From an uncultured virus (IMG/VR IMGVR_UViG_3300029448_000002) (taxonomy: Duplodnaviria; Heunggongvirae; Uroviricota; Caudoviricetes), in IMG/VR virus record IMGVR_UViG_3300029448_000002: a stretch of DNA of 64,000 bases; one strand, written 5' to 3'. Position numbers and translations under genes: made by a program. Below the pieces are notes generated by a model. It was not told where the DNA came from. It did not search any database and saw only the letters and a list, made by a program, of their open reading frames with translations. How positions within the stretch are numbered: position 1 is the first letter of the stretch; every line of letters begins with the position of its first letter. Shown piece by piece: positions 17,600 through 25,349 of the stretch.

Positions 17600-18111
17600 A
17601 GTCATTTAAAGAGATCAGAAAGACACTTTCGGAAGAATACTACTCTGGACCAACTGCATATGTAGGCAGTGATAGAACCAATGTAGGTGATATTACTGGT
17701 ACTGATCTCGGTGGTATGGGCAGCGGCTCTGAAAAGACTCAGTATCCTACCACAAATAACATCAAAATGATTGAAGCCGGTCTGAACTCTGAACTTGTAG
17801 GGGTCGTGAAAGATCCTGTGACTGCGATCACAAGAGCAAGAACAAAGTTGAATATGACTGGTCTTTCCTTCGATATCAATTCCAAAGATATCAATATGGC
17901 TATGTCCTCTGGTGAGCCTTACGTTGTGGATCTCAATTTCGGTGGTCGTGCTTTGGGTAGAGATCCCGGCGACGAAGAAAGAGATGATTTTGCTGATGAT
18001 ATGGGAATGGTAGGACAAATTCCTTACGAAAAGACCCTTCCTTCTATGGATGTCTCCTTTGATATTGAAATGGTTGGAACCGGATTTAAAATTACTGCAT
18101 CGATTGTGTAA
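17596..18111 (+). CDS. putative head-associated protein
   Basis: MKSFKEIRKTLSEE N-terminus. Confidence 0.6.
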   Translation: MKSFKEIRKTLSEEYYSGPTAYVGSDRTNVGDITGTDLGGMGSGSEKTQYPTTNNIKMIEAGLNSELVGVVKDPVTAITRARTKLNMTGLSFDINSKDINMAMSSGEPYVVDLNFGGRALGRDPGDEERDDFADDMGMVGQIPYEKTLPSMDVSFDIEMVGTGFKITASIV

Positions 18112-18491
18112 TGAACTTTGATAATTTGAACGACGAGAACATCGTCCTTTTTGCTATGAAACACTATAATAATCCCGCCTGTAAAGGTATCGAGGAGTTT
18201 AATGATGATTTCAATCGAATTAAATACATCAAAAGACTCTTCAATCGGTACGAATCAAACGGGAATCTCAAAGAGCGTTTGATTCTTAATCATATTATTA
18301 CATTTTTTAATGTCTTTGGAATCCCTGCGGCAAACAGATTGTTGTTCAATCGCATCGAAGAAAAACATCATATTTTCCTCAAACCCTTCTTGGTGTATTT
18401 AAATTATTGTCCCGAAGACAAGATAGACGGTTTAGACGTAACTCGTATACCGTTGGACAATAAAATCATAAATACACTGAGAGGTCTATGA
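18111..18491 (+). CDS. conserved T4-like hypothetical protein
   Basis: FAMKHYNNP.C..EEF..D..RIKYIKRL..LKERLILNH..NVFG. Confidence 0.8.
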   Translation: MNFDNLNDENIVLFAMKHYNNPACKGIEEFNDDFNRIKYIKRLFNRYESNGNLKERLILNHIITFFNVFGIPAANRLLFNRIEEKHHIFLKPFLVYLNYCPEDKIDGLDVTRIPLDNKIINTLRGL

Positions 18492-20305
18492 TGATTCACT
18501 TTGAGCATTTAATCGAAAAACTTAGAGCATTGGAAAACGTTCGCAACGTCGATATGACCAGCGAGGAGTTTTCTTACACATATCCCGGTTCTAACTTAGC
18601 ACCAATTCCAAAGATGTATTCTCAGTCTGTTGACTCACCAGAGACAATCAGTTATGAGTTAAATATTGATCCTGCAATTCGTTCTAAAGTTCTTGCCCTG
18701 AAAAAAACTAAAAACCCTGACGAGGCTATTGTCTACAATCCAGACACAAAGAACGCCGAGATCATCAACAAATCTGAAACAAACGATTATGTGCAAAGAG
18801 GCTTCAAGGTAATCTACGAAGAAGCCAATGTTGCTCCTGTTCCCGGTCCTGCTGGTTTTACAAATACCAGTGGTTCTTTTGATACCATTGCAGGTATGGA
18901 TAAAAGACTTGGCAGGAAACGAAATAAGAAAGAACTTGATAAATTCAACGGAAGAACTTTTGACCTCACGCCTGATATGTTCAGACGAATGAAAGAGGGC
19001 AAAGAGAGGTATTCTCGTTGGTCGCAGTTTATTGAGGAAGAAGAAGACGGTCCTGTGATCGATCAGATTCGATCCTTTTCTTTGAGAAATCCTACAAGTC
19101 CTGTAGTGATTCGGGATACTGAATCTGGAGAGAAGGCGATTCTTCGACGCAAGACAAACGACTCACGACTCAGACACAATCGATCCAAGTTGAAAGAAGA
19201 GACAGATCCACCTGAATCAACCCCATATTACATTTTTAGAAGTTTTATGTTTGATAATTTAGTGTATAATGCAGCAACTTTTACTGCACCCCTGATGATT
19301 CGGAGTTCCTTGATGACTCCAGTTTCACCATATGGATATAACACAGGCTATCCAATGTTCCCGATGGCTAACGCTCCACAAGTGCTTTTAGATATGTTTG
19401 ACTATAACGGTGATGGCATTATTGGCTACAATGATGTGACTTTGGTGACAAGAATGTTTGAAATTATGGATGAACTGTTTCCTCCGGGTGGATTTCAAGA
19501 TGGTCCCCCAAGTGGACTTCCTTCTGCGAGTTGGTATCGTGAAAATTGGGAATCTTTTAATCAAGAATATGGCGTAGACCTTCCGGATCCTTCAAGTTGG
19601 TACTTCTCAACAGATTATAGCGGAGAACTTTTCTTTGAGCCAGACTCTCAATTACCCCCAAACAATGGAAAGCCGGACTATGGTACATTTGAGAATGGAC
19701 TTTATGAATGGCAAGGTACTTTAAGAGATTACTATAATCTGATCCAAACGATGCGTGGGTGGCGAACAAGTGGAGTTGAATACTGTATTGGTGGTAGTTG
19801 TTTCCCCTTGCCGGGTTATCATCCCGATGGATTCCTTGAACAATTCTTTCCTGAGTTTTATGAATTTCTTATGCAGATGGATTACGCAAATGATGGTTAT
19901 TTTCACTCTGGATCATCCCTAGGGATCCCCACCGGAGGAACTGGCAGTTTTCTTATTATGAGAAGCCTAATTCCGGTACTTGTTCAATATTACAACAATT
20001 TGGGTTATGATGACGATATATTAGACTTACAATTTGAAGATATTGAATCTGCCTCTCAAGGTTTTGATGGGTTGAATCGTTTTATTCAAACACTTTTTCT
20101 AACAGGAGACAAAGAAAACATAGTGCTTCCCGATGGAACGCTTATTCCAGCCGGATATGGTTTTGATCTTTACATCTTGCTCACATATGGGTTTTATTTC
20201 GACCCCAACTACGGTCAAGTTCCCACACCACCCGAAGAGACTCCTATTGCACAAAGCCCATATCAAATTACACAATTGCCACCTCCTTCGCCGGAGAACC
20301 CGTGA
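18488..20305 (+). CDS. modular hypothetical (putative head) protein; C-terminal ~370 aa duplicated in the next gene
   Basis: ORF; EF-hand-like DYNGDGIIGYND; late promoter at 18467-18474. Confidence 0.7.
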   Translation: MMIHFEHLIEKLRALENVRNVDMTSEEFSYTYPGSNLAPIPKMYSQSVDSPETISYELNIDPAIRSKVLALKKTKNPDEAIVYNPDTKNAEIINKSETNDYVQRGFKVIYEEANVAPVPGPAGFTNTSGSFDTIAGMDKRLGRKRNKKELDKFNGRTFDLTPDMFRRMKEGKERYSRWSQFIEEEEDGPVIDQIRSFSLRNPTSPVVIRDTESGEKAILRRKTNDSRLRHNRSKLKEETDPPESTPYYIFRSFMFDNLVYNAATFTAPLMIRSSLMTPVSPYGYNTGYPMFPMANAPQVLLDMFDYNGDGIIGYNDVTLVTRMFEIMDELFPPGGFQDGPPSGLPSASWYRENWESFNQEYGVDLPDPSSWYFSTDYSGELFFEPDSQLPPNNGKPDYGTFENGLYEWQGTLRDYYNLIQTMRGWRTSGVEYCIGGSCFPLPGYHPDGFLEQFFPEFYEFLMQMDYANDGYFHSGSSLGIPTGGTGSFLIMRSLIPVLVQYYNNLGYDDDILDLQFEDIESASQGFDGLNRFIQTLFLTGDKENIVLPDGTLIPAGYGFDLYILLTYGFYFDPNYGQVPTPPEETPIAQSPYQITQLPPPSPENP

Positions 20306-21423
20306 TGAAGAGTTTTATGAGATATTTAAAAGAAGAGACAGATCCACCGGAACAAGGGATTTCTGACTACTATTACTTTAGACAATTTATGTTTGATAAT
20401 TTAGTGCCTAGCGGACTTGTCTTACCCTTGATGTTCCGAAACCAGAATATTGGTGGAGTTAGTGGCGAAGAATCTTACCCGATGTTTCCAATGGCTAATG
20501 CTCCACAACCCCTCTTAGATATGTTTGACTACAATGGTGATGGCATCATTGGCTACAATGATATGACTTTGGTGACAAGAATGTTTGAAATTATGGATGA
20601 CTTGTTTCCTCCGGGTGGAGACGGTCCACCAAGTGGATTACCTTCTGCGAGTTGGTATCGTGAGAATTGGGAATCATTTAACCAAGAATATGGCGTAGAC
20701 CTTCCGGATCCTTCTAGTTGGTTTTTCTCATCAAACTATGATGGAGAACTTTTCTTTCAACCAGATTCCCAATTACCCCCAAACAACGGAAAACCAGATT
20801 ATGGCGGGTTAGAAAATGGACTTTATGAATGGACTGGTAGTGTGGGGGATTATCTTAATATTATTAAAACAATGCGGGGGTGGCGATCTTTTGGAATTCC
20901 GTGGGCAGGGAATCCTGAAAATGACACATATGGAGCAGTTCCCGCTGAACTTCTTCAACAATTCTTTCCTGAGTTTTATGAATTTCTTATGCAGATGGAT
21001 TACGCAAATGACGGTTTGTTCCACTCAGGTTATGGACCGGGTGCTATCGGAATTGGAACCGGAAGTTTTCTAATTTTTCAATATGCGATTGACGTAATAC
21101 TCAGATATTATAATCTTTTGTCAGATTATAGTGGGGAATTTGATAGTGAGTATCTTTTAAATCGACCATTTGAAGAGGTAAATGCACTACAGGGTTATGA
21201 TGGATTGAATCAATTTATTCAAACATTGTTCTTGACTGGTGATGCAACAGAGGGACCATATAATTTACCAGACGGTTTTCAAAACAGTCCTCTTGGATAC
21301 TTAGTGTTAATATACGGTTTCGGTTTCGACCCCAACTACGGTCAAGTTCCCACACCACCCGAAGAGACTCCTATTGCACAAAGCCCATATCAAATCACAC
21401 AACTACCAACACCGGAGAACCCA
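19195..21423 (+). repeat. imperfect ~1.1-kb tandem duplication
   Basis: Identical blocks 19839-19893 = 20957-21011 and 20197-20268 = 21324-21395. Confidence 0.9.
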
Positions 21424-21426
21424 TAA
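20302..21426 (+). CDS. tandem paralog of the upstream C-terminal domain, with capsid-targeting-like N-terminus
   Basis: MKSFMRYLKEETDPPE; long identical peptide blocks shared with 18488..20305. Confidence 0.7.
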   Translation: MMKSFMRYLKEETDPPEQGISDYYYFRQFMFDNLVPSGLVLPLMFRNQNIGGVSGEESYPMFPMANAPQPLLDMFDYNGDGIIGYNDMTLVTRMFEIMDDLFPPGGDGPPSGLPSASWYRENWESFNQEYGVDLPDPSSWFFSSNYDGELFFQPDSQLPPNNGKPDYGGLENGLYEWTGSVGDYLNIIKTMRGWRSFGIPWAGNPENDTYGAVPAELLQQFFPEFYEFLMQMDYANDGLFHSGYGPGAIGIGTGSFLIFQYAIDVILRYYNLLSDYSGEFDSEYLLNRPFEEVNALQGYDGLNQFIQTLFLTGDATEGPYNLPDGFQNSPLGYLVLIYGFGFDPNYGQVPTPPEETPIAQSPYQITQLPTPENP

Positions 21427-21435
21427 GGAGAAAAT

Positions 21436-21882
21436 ATGGATTTTTTATCACCTGACTTTTTATCACTATTGACTGGTTCTGCAACTGGTTTCTTGTTTAA
21501 AGCAATGGCTGAACGTCGTGCGCAAGACCAAGAGCGATTCAAGATGGCAATGGGAGTTGCCGAAAAGGAAAACGAACACGCCGATGCTGCCGTAAAACGA
21601 GTCGGTATCGATGCAGGTAAACTTGTTCGTCGGTTTATTGTTCTTTGCATTATGTTTGGAACAATCATCGCACCATTCATCATCGCATACAGCGATGGTG
21701 TCACCACCGTCGTGGAACACGAATCTACCGTCTACAAGCCTTGGGACTTACTCGGTCTGTTCGGCACTGAAAACGTAAGAACATACACCCCAGTTGAGGG
21801 TTATTTGTATACAGAAGAGAATAGACAAATCCTTGTCACTATTGTAGGATTCTACTTCGGCACTGCCGTGAGAGGAAAATAA
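21436..21882 (+). CDS. membrane protein, holin-like
   Basis: Two to three hydrophobic segments; C-terminal IVGFYFG motif; AAGGAG RBS. Confidence 0.55.
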   Translation: MDFLSPDFLSLLTGSATGFLFKAMAERRAQDQERFKMAMGVAEKENEHADAAVKRVGIDAGKLVRRFIVLCIMFGTIIAPFIIAYSDGVTTVVEHESTVYKPWDLLGLFGTENVRTYTPVEGYLYTEENRQILVTIVGFYFGTAVRGK

Positions 21883-21894
21883 GGAATTTTTGAG

Positions 21895-22149
21895 ATGAGA
21901 TATATTTTAATTATGTTGTTAGCGGGATGTGCGAGTGTCAAAAGTGTCAAGCAACCTTTTGTTGATATTGGCATCGACGGACAACCACAAATCATTCACA
22001 CTTTAGACTCGGCATCTGAGCCAGTTAATAATACAAATACAATTCTTGGTGCTGGAGATGCCTTGGGACTACAAACTTATGAGGAGATTGAACCCTCAAA
22101 AAAAGTTATGGACCCGTGGTTATATTTGGATGGTTTGCTATCCTATTAA
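21895..22149 (+). CDS. lipoprotein (LLAGC lipobox); extends to 22199 with a C-terminal TM helix if -1 shifted at the A7 run
   Basis: Signal peptide plus lipobox; the -1 frame encodes VVIFGWFAILLTAGYLVW. Confidence 0.6.
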   Translation: MRYILIMLLAGCASVKSVKQPFVDIGIDGQPQIIHTLDSASEPVNNTNTILGAGDALGLQTYEEIEPSKKVMDPWLYLDGLLSY

Positions 22150-22187
22150 CTGCGGGTTATCTTGTTTGGTGTGAATTCTTCAAGAAA

Positions 22188-22784
22188 TCATTTAGATAAG
22201 GCACGCGATTTCTGATAGGACTCGTAAGCCATCTTGCAAATGTAATAGGCATCGACAATATCAGTGACCGGACTCCCAATACTTGAACGATTGGGTGTTA
22301 TCATTTTTTGCAGATTGATCTTCGTGTCGATCTGAAACTGCTTTACCATTTTTTCTTTTGTCGCATTGCCCTTTCCGGTGGCAAGTTTTTTTACACTTGT
22401 TGGAGGAATGACTTCGACCGGAAGACGACTTTGATAAAGTTTATATTTCAGTAGACCACAGTTTTCTGCAATTTGAAAGATTGCTCGTCCGGATGCACCA
22501 AAAGCATACCCTTCAAGACCCACAAGAACAGATCCTTCTACCTTTTCCAATGCCCAGTCTGCAATGCTTTCGTATCTCTGACAATCGTGTGAGTAATCAT
22601 CAAAGTTCGTTCCGATAAACTGATAATCAAAAGTTTTTGCAAGAGACTTTGTATTTGTCAAAAAGTAAAAGTAGCAGTCTTTGATTGCGAAAGGTGTATC
22701 GTTTGTTTTACCACGAAAAACGCAGATGCAAGGACCGTTCAGGGAGTAATCAATCCCTGTTATCAGAATCTCGTTTTCGTTCAC
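22188..22784 (-). CDS. RuvC-like Holliday-junction resolvase fold protein
   Basis: GIDYSL, LEGYAFG, IAENCGLLKY, VKKLATGKGNATKEKM, DIVDAYY. Confidence 0.8.
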   Translation of the reverse strand: MNENEILITGIDYSLNGPCICVFRGKTNDTPFAIKDCYFYFLTNTKSLAKTFDYQFIGTNFDDYSHDCQRYESIADWALEKVEGSVLVGLEGYAFGASGRAIFQIAENCGLLKYKLYQSRLPVEVIPPTSVKKLATGKGNATKEKMVKQFQIDTKINLQKMITPNRSSIGSPVTDIVDAYYICKMAYESYQKSRALSK

Positions 22785-23259
22785 TTTCTGCAATCTCCGT
22801 GAGCAACTCAATCACCTTTGTCAATTTGTTGTCGATGGACTGATATCTGTATACGGGAACATCCATACTTAAAATTTCACCGTAGAGGGATTTGTGAGAA
22901 AAATCGCCTTCCAAAATCTTAATATTTTGATTTGCGTAAAAAGGATTTGTTGTCGGTTTTGTATGATCTACAACCTTTGATTTTTTCAGTAACTCAGATT
23001 TTTCAGTCAAATCTTTTGTGTCAGCAGTTTGTTCTGCAATCTTTTTGTTTGCTTCCGCCTGAATCTGAGCGGCTCTCTCCAAGGTCTTTTTATCTTCAAA
23101 CGAAAGAAGATCATTCAAAAGTTGTTGTCGCTTTTTGCAACCACCGCATTGTTTGATTCGACCACCACTCACTGTGTCGATTGATTCTTTGACAAGATCA
23201 CCAGCACCTTTGCCGATAAGTTTCTTTTTCAAAATATTTGGCATCCAAGAAATGTTCAT
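22750..23259 (-). CDS. hypothetical protein
   Basis: GAGD...CGGCKKRQQLLN motif; perfect TATAAATA late promoter at 23282-23289. Confidence 0.65.
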   Translation of the reverse strand: MNISWMPNILKKKLIGKGAGDLVKESIDTVSGGRIKQCGGCKKRQQLLNDLLSFEDKKTLERAAQIQAEANKKIAEQTADTKDLTEKSELLKKSKVVDHTKPTTNPFYANQNIKILEGDFSHKSLYGEILSMDVPVYRYQSIDNKLTKVIELLTEIAESERKRDSDNRD

Positions 23260-23296
23260 AGTAAAACCTCCATTGTGTAATTATTTATATGATATA

Positions 23297-23587
23297 CTAC
23301 ATTCTTGTAATTTCAAGAATTCTTTGAATTTGTGCCTCACAGGCAGCCACTCTTTTTGCACCGTCCCAGAGAATGTAATCTTTCTCTGGATTTTTCTTGA
23401 GATTATAAAGAAGTGGAAGGATCAACTTTTCGAGTTGATCCAAATGATCCTTCATATCTTCAGTTGCACCCGACGCTTCAGAAACCTCTACGTCATCAGC
23501 AAACCCAAAATCAAAGTCTCCACCAAATGTGTCTTGTTTGAGTAATTCTTCAAATTCCTCGTCGATAAGTTCTCTATTAAATCCCAT
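23297..23587 (-). CDS. conserved T4-like hypothetical protein
   Basis: FDFGF..ILPLLYNLKKNPEKDYILW; TATAAATA at 23593-23600. Confidence 0.75.
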   Translation of the reverse strand: MGFNRELIDEEFEELLKQDTFGGDFDFGFADDVEVSEASGATEDMKDHLDQLEKLILPLLYNLKKNPEKDYILWDGAKRVAACEAQIQRILEITRM

Positions 23588-23602
23588 ACATCTATTTATA
23601 CG

Positions 23603-23622
23603 AAAACAGCCCGGGCTGTTTT
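23603..23622. repeat. perfect 20-bp palindrome AAAACAGCCCGGGCTGTTTT (possible terminator)
   Basis: Read directly; intergenic, just downstream of the HNH gene. Confidence 0.6.
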
Positions 23623-23635
23623 TTGTGATTGTGAA

Positions 23636-24232
23636 TTATTTCAGTTTCGCTTCTCTTTTTCTAGCCTCTCTTTTCTTTGCAGCCTCACTAATTTTTCGTC
23701 GGGTTTCTTCTGAGCAGATTCCAGTTTTACCTTTGTTCCACGGAACTTGACCTTTACCAGCCTCACTAATTTTGCGTCTTGTTTCTTCACTGGGGTTTCT
23801 CACAGCCTCACTAATTTTGCGTTTGGTTTCCTCTGAGTGGGATTTTCCGAAGTTTGGATGGTTTTCACCTTTCTTAGTCTCACTCATTTTGCGTTTTGAT
23901 TCTTCTGTGTGTTTTCTACCTTTTGCAGCCTCACTCATTTTGCGTTTTGTTTCTTCTGAGTGGGTTTTACCGAAGTTTGGATGGTTTTCACCCCTTCTTG
24001 ATTTATTGGCAAGTTTAGCACGTTCACTTTGACTTATTCGTATAATTTCTTCTTTTCCAATCATACCTGCCAAACCTTGCCAAGCAACTCGGTCTTGCCA
24101 GCGTCCGTGTTCTTCATACAACAACCGATGTGCTTCGGCGTGTTCTTCTACCGTCAACAAAACAATATTAGACGGGTCATCTGTTCCGCCAGCGTGCTTT
24201 GGGACGATATGATGTTTGTGATAAATTGTCAT
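23636..24232 (-). mobile_element. free-standing HNH homing endonuclease with NUMOD3 repeats
   Basis: [20 protein letters not shown]; repeated HSEETKRK(M/I)SE and GENHPNFGK. Confidence 0.9.
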
Positions 24233-24248
24233 TGTATACTCCAATTAT

Positions 24249-24281
24249 AAAAAAAGACAACCCGCCTTTCGACGGGTTGCC
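24249..24281 (-). terminator. rho-independent terminator after the porin gene
   Basis: Minus strand GGCAACCCGTC-GAAA-GGCGGGTTGTC-TTTTTTT. Confidence 0.85.
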
Positions 24282-24303
24282 TCATTATGATTATGTTTAC
24301 ATA

Positions 24304-25074
24304 TCAAAATGTAAATCGCAGACCTGCACGAATTCCTTCGTCCCGATCATCATATTCAACGAGAGCAGAAACGCCCTCTTGGAATTCACACACGCCGCCG
24401 ATGGCGAACGTGGTTTCTTCAAGGTGATCGTGTTCAACACGACCGTAACCGGAGAAGGTATCTTCCACGGTAAACAAAACTCCCTGAGCAACGGCAGTCC
24501 AATCGCCGTTGTCATCGGTGTAGGAAATGAATCCGCTTTCATCAGAGATGTCAACAGTCCAAACTTCCATTTCTTCACCAATGAAACCGAAGCCTAATGC
24601 TCCGAGTTCAACACGACCACCGTAGGTCACGGAGTCGCCAAAGACATCATCTCCAACGATGTCAAAAGAGAAAGAGGCATCACCGATGTCTCCTCCGAAC
24701 GAAACGCCGTCAACGACGATTCCGCCCAACCCGAACACGCTAGAGTTGGTCAGACCAACCCCGTAGGTGTATTCGGACATTGCGAGTTCAGCACTAAAGT
24801 TTCGTTGGAAGCGTCCAACGGTGACATCAACACCACCGAGATCAGCACCAACGTATGCTTCCCAAAGTGTCGTATCGTCGAGATTGTCGTTGGTTTCAAA
24901 AGCGAAACCGTAGACTGCACCTTTGGACTCACCGTATGCACCAAGCACAAGACGGGTATCCAAAGTCTCAACACCATCAAGTGATGTCACGACAGTTTGA
25001 CCAACGCCGCTAAACTCAATATCTCCTGCTGCGGCAATAGCAGAAAGACACAGTGTGGATGCAAGAATGCTCAT
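24304..25074 (-). CDS. outer-membrane beta-barrel porin (OprO/P-like motif)
   Basis: Signal peptide; WEAYVG..VTVGRFQRNFSAE; amphipathic strands; terminal GLRFTF beta-signal. Confidence 0.7.
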   Translation of the reverse strand: MSILASTLCLSAIAAAGDIEFSGVGQTVVTSLDGVETLDTRLVLGAYGESKGAVYGFAFETNDNLDDTTLWEAYVGADLGGVDVTVGRFQRNFSAELAMSEYTYGVGLTNSSVFGLGGIVVDGVSFGGDIGDASFSFDIVGDDVFGDSVTYGGRVELGALGFGFIGEEMEVWTVDISDESGFISYTDDNGDWTAVAQGVLFTVEDTFSGYGRVEHDHLEETTFAIGGVCEFQEGVSALVEYDDRDEGIRAGLRFTF

Positions 25075-25075
25075 C

Positions 25076-25270
25076 TTAGCCTCCGACTCCCGAAACGAGA
25101 TCAAAGACAGAGCGAACAGCGTCCGCAAACCAAAGCACGCCGTCCCAAGCAAAAGGGACGAGAGCAAGGGTGATCAAAGTAGAACGGCAAACGCCGATCT
25201 TCTTAAGCAATCTGCAAACGCAGCCACCACTACACGACGTAGGGCAATCATTAGGGGTTTTAGTAGCCAT
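25076..25270 (-). CDS. small Cys-rich membrane protein
   Basis: CPTSCSGGCVC followed by a hydrophobic segment; AAGGAG RBS. Confidence 0.6.
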   Translation of the reverse strand: MATKTPNDCPTSCSGGCVCRLLKKIGVCRSTLITLALVPFAWDGVLWFADAVRSVFDLVSGVGG

Positions 25271-25349
25271 ATAATTTCTCCTTATGTTGGCTTGTCATCT
25301 CAACTCCAAGATGACTGGATTATGATTGTAGGTTTATGTATGACACCTG

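Noticed and set aside
19195..21423. Diversity-generating retroelement TR/VR pair
   Set aside because: No reverse transcriptase in the window; both copies are coding and differ by indels and all substitution types, not adenine-specific changes
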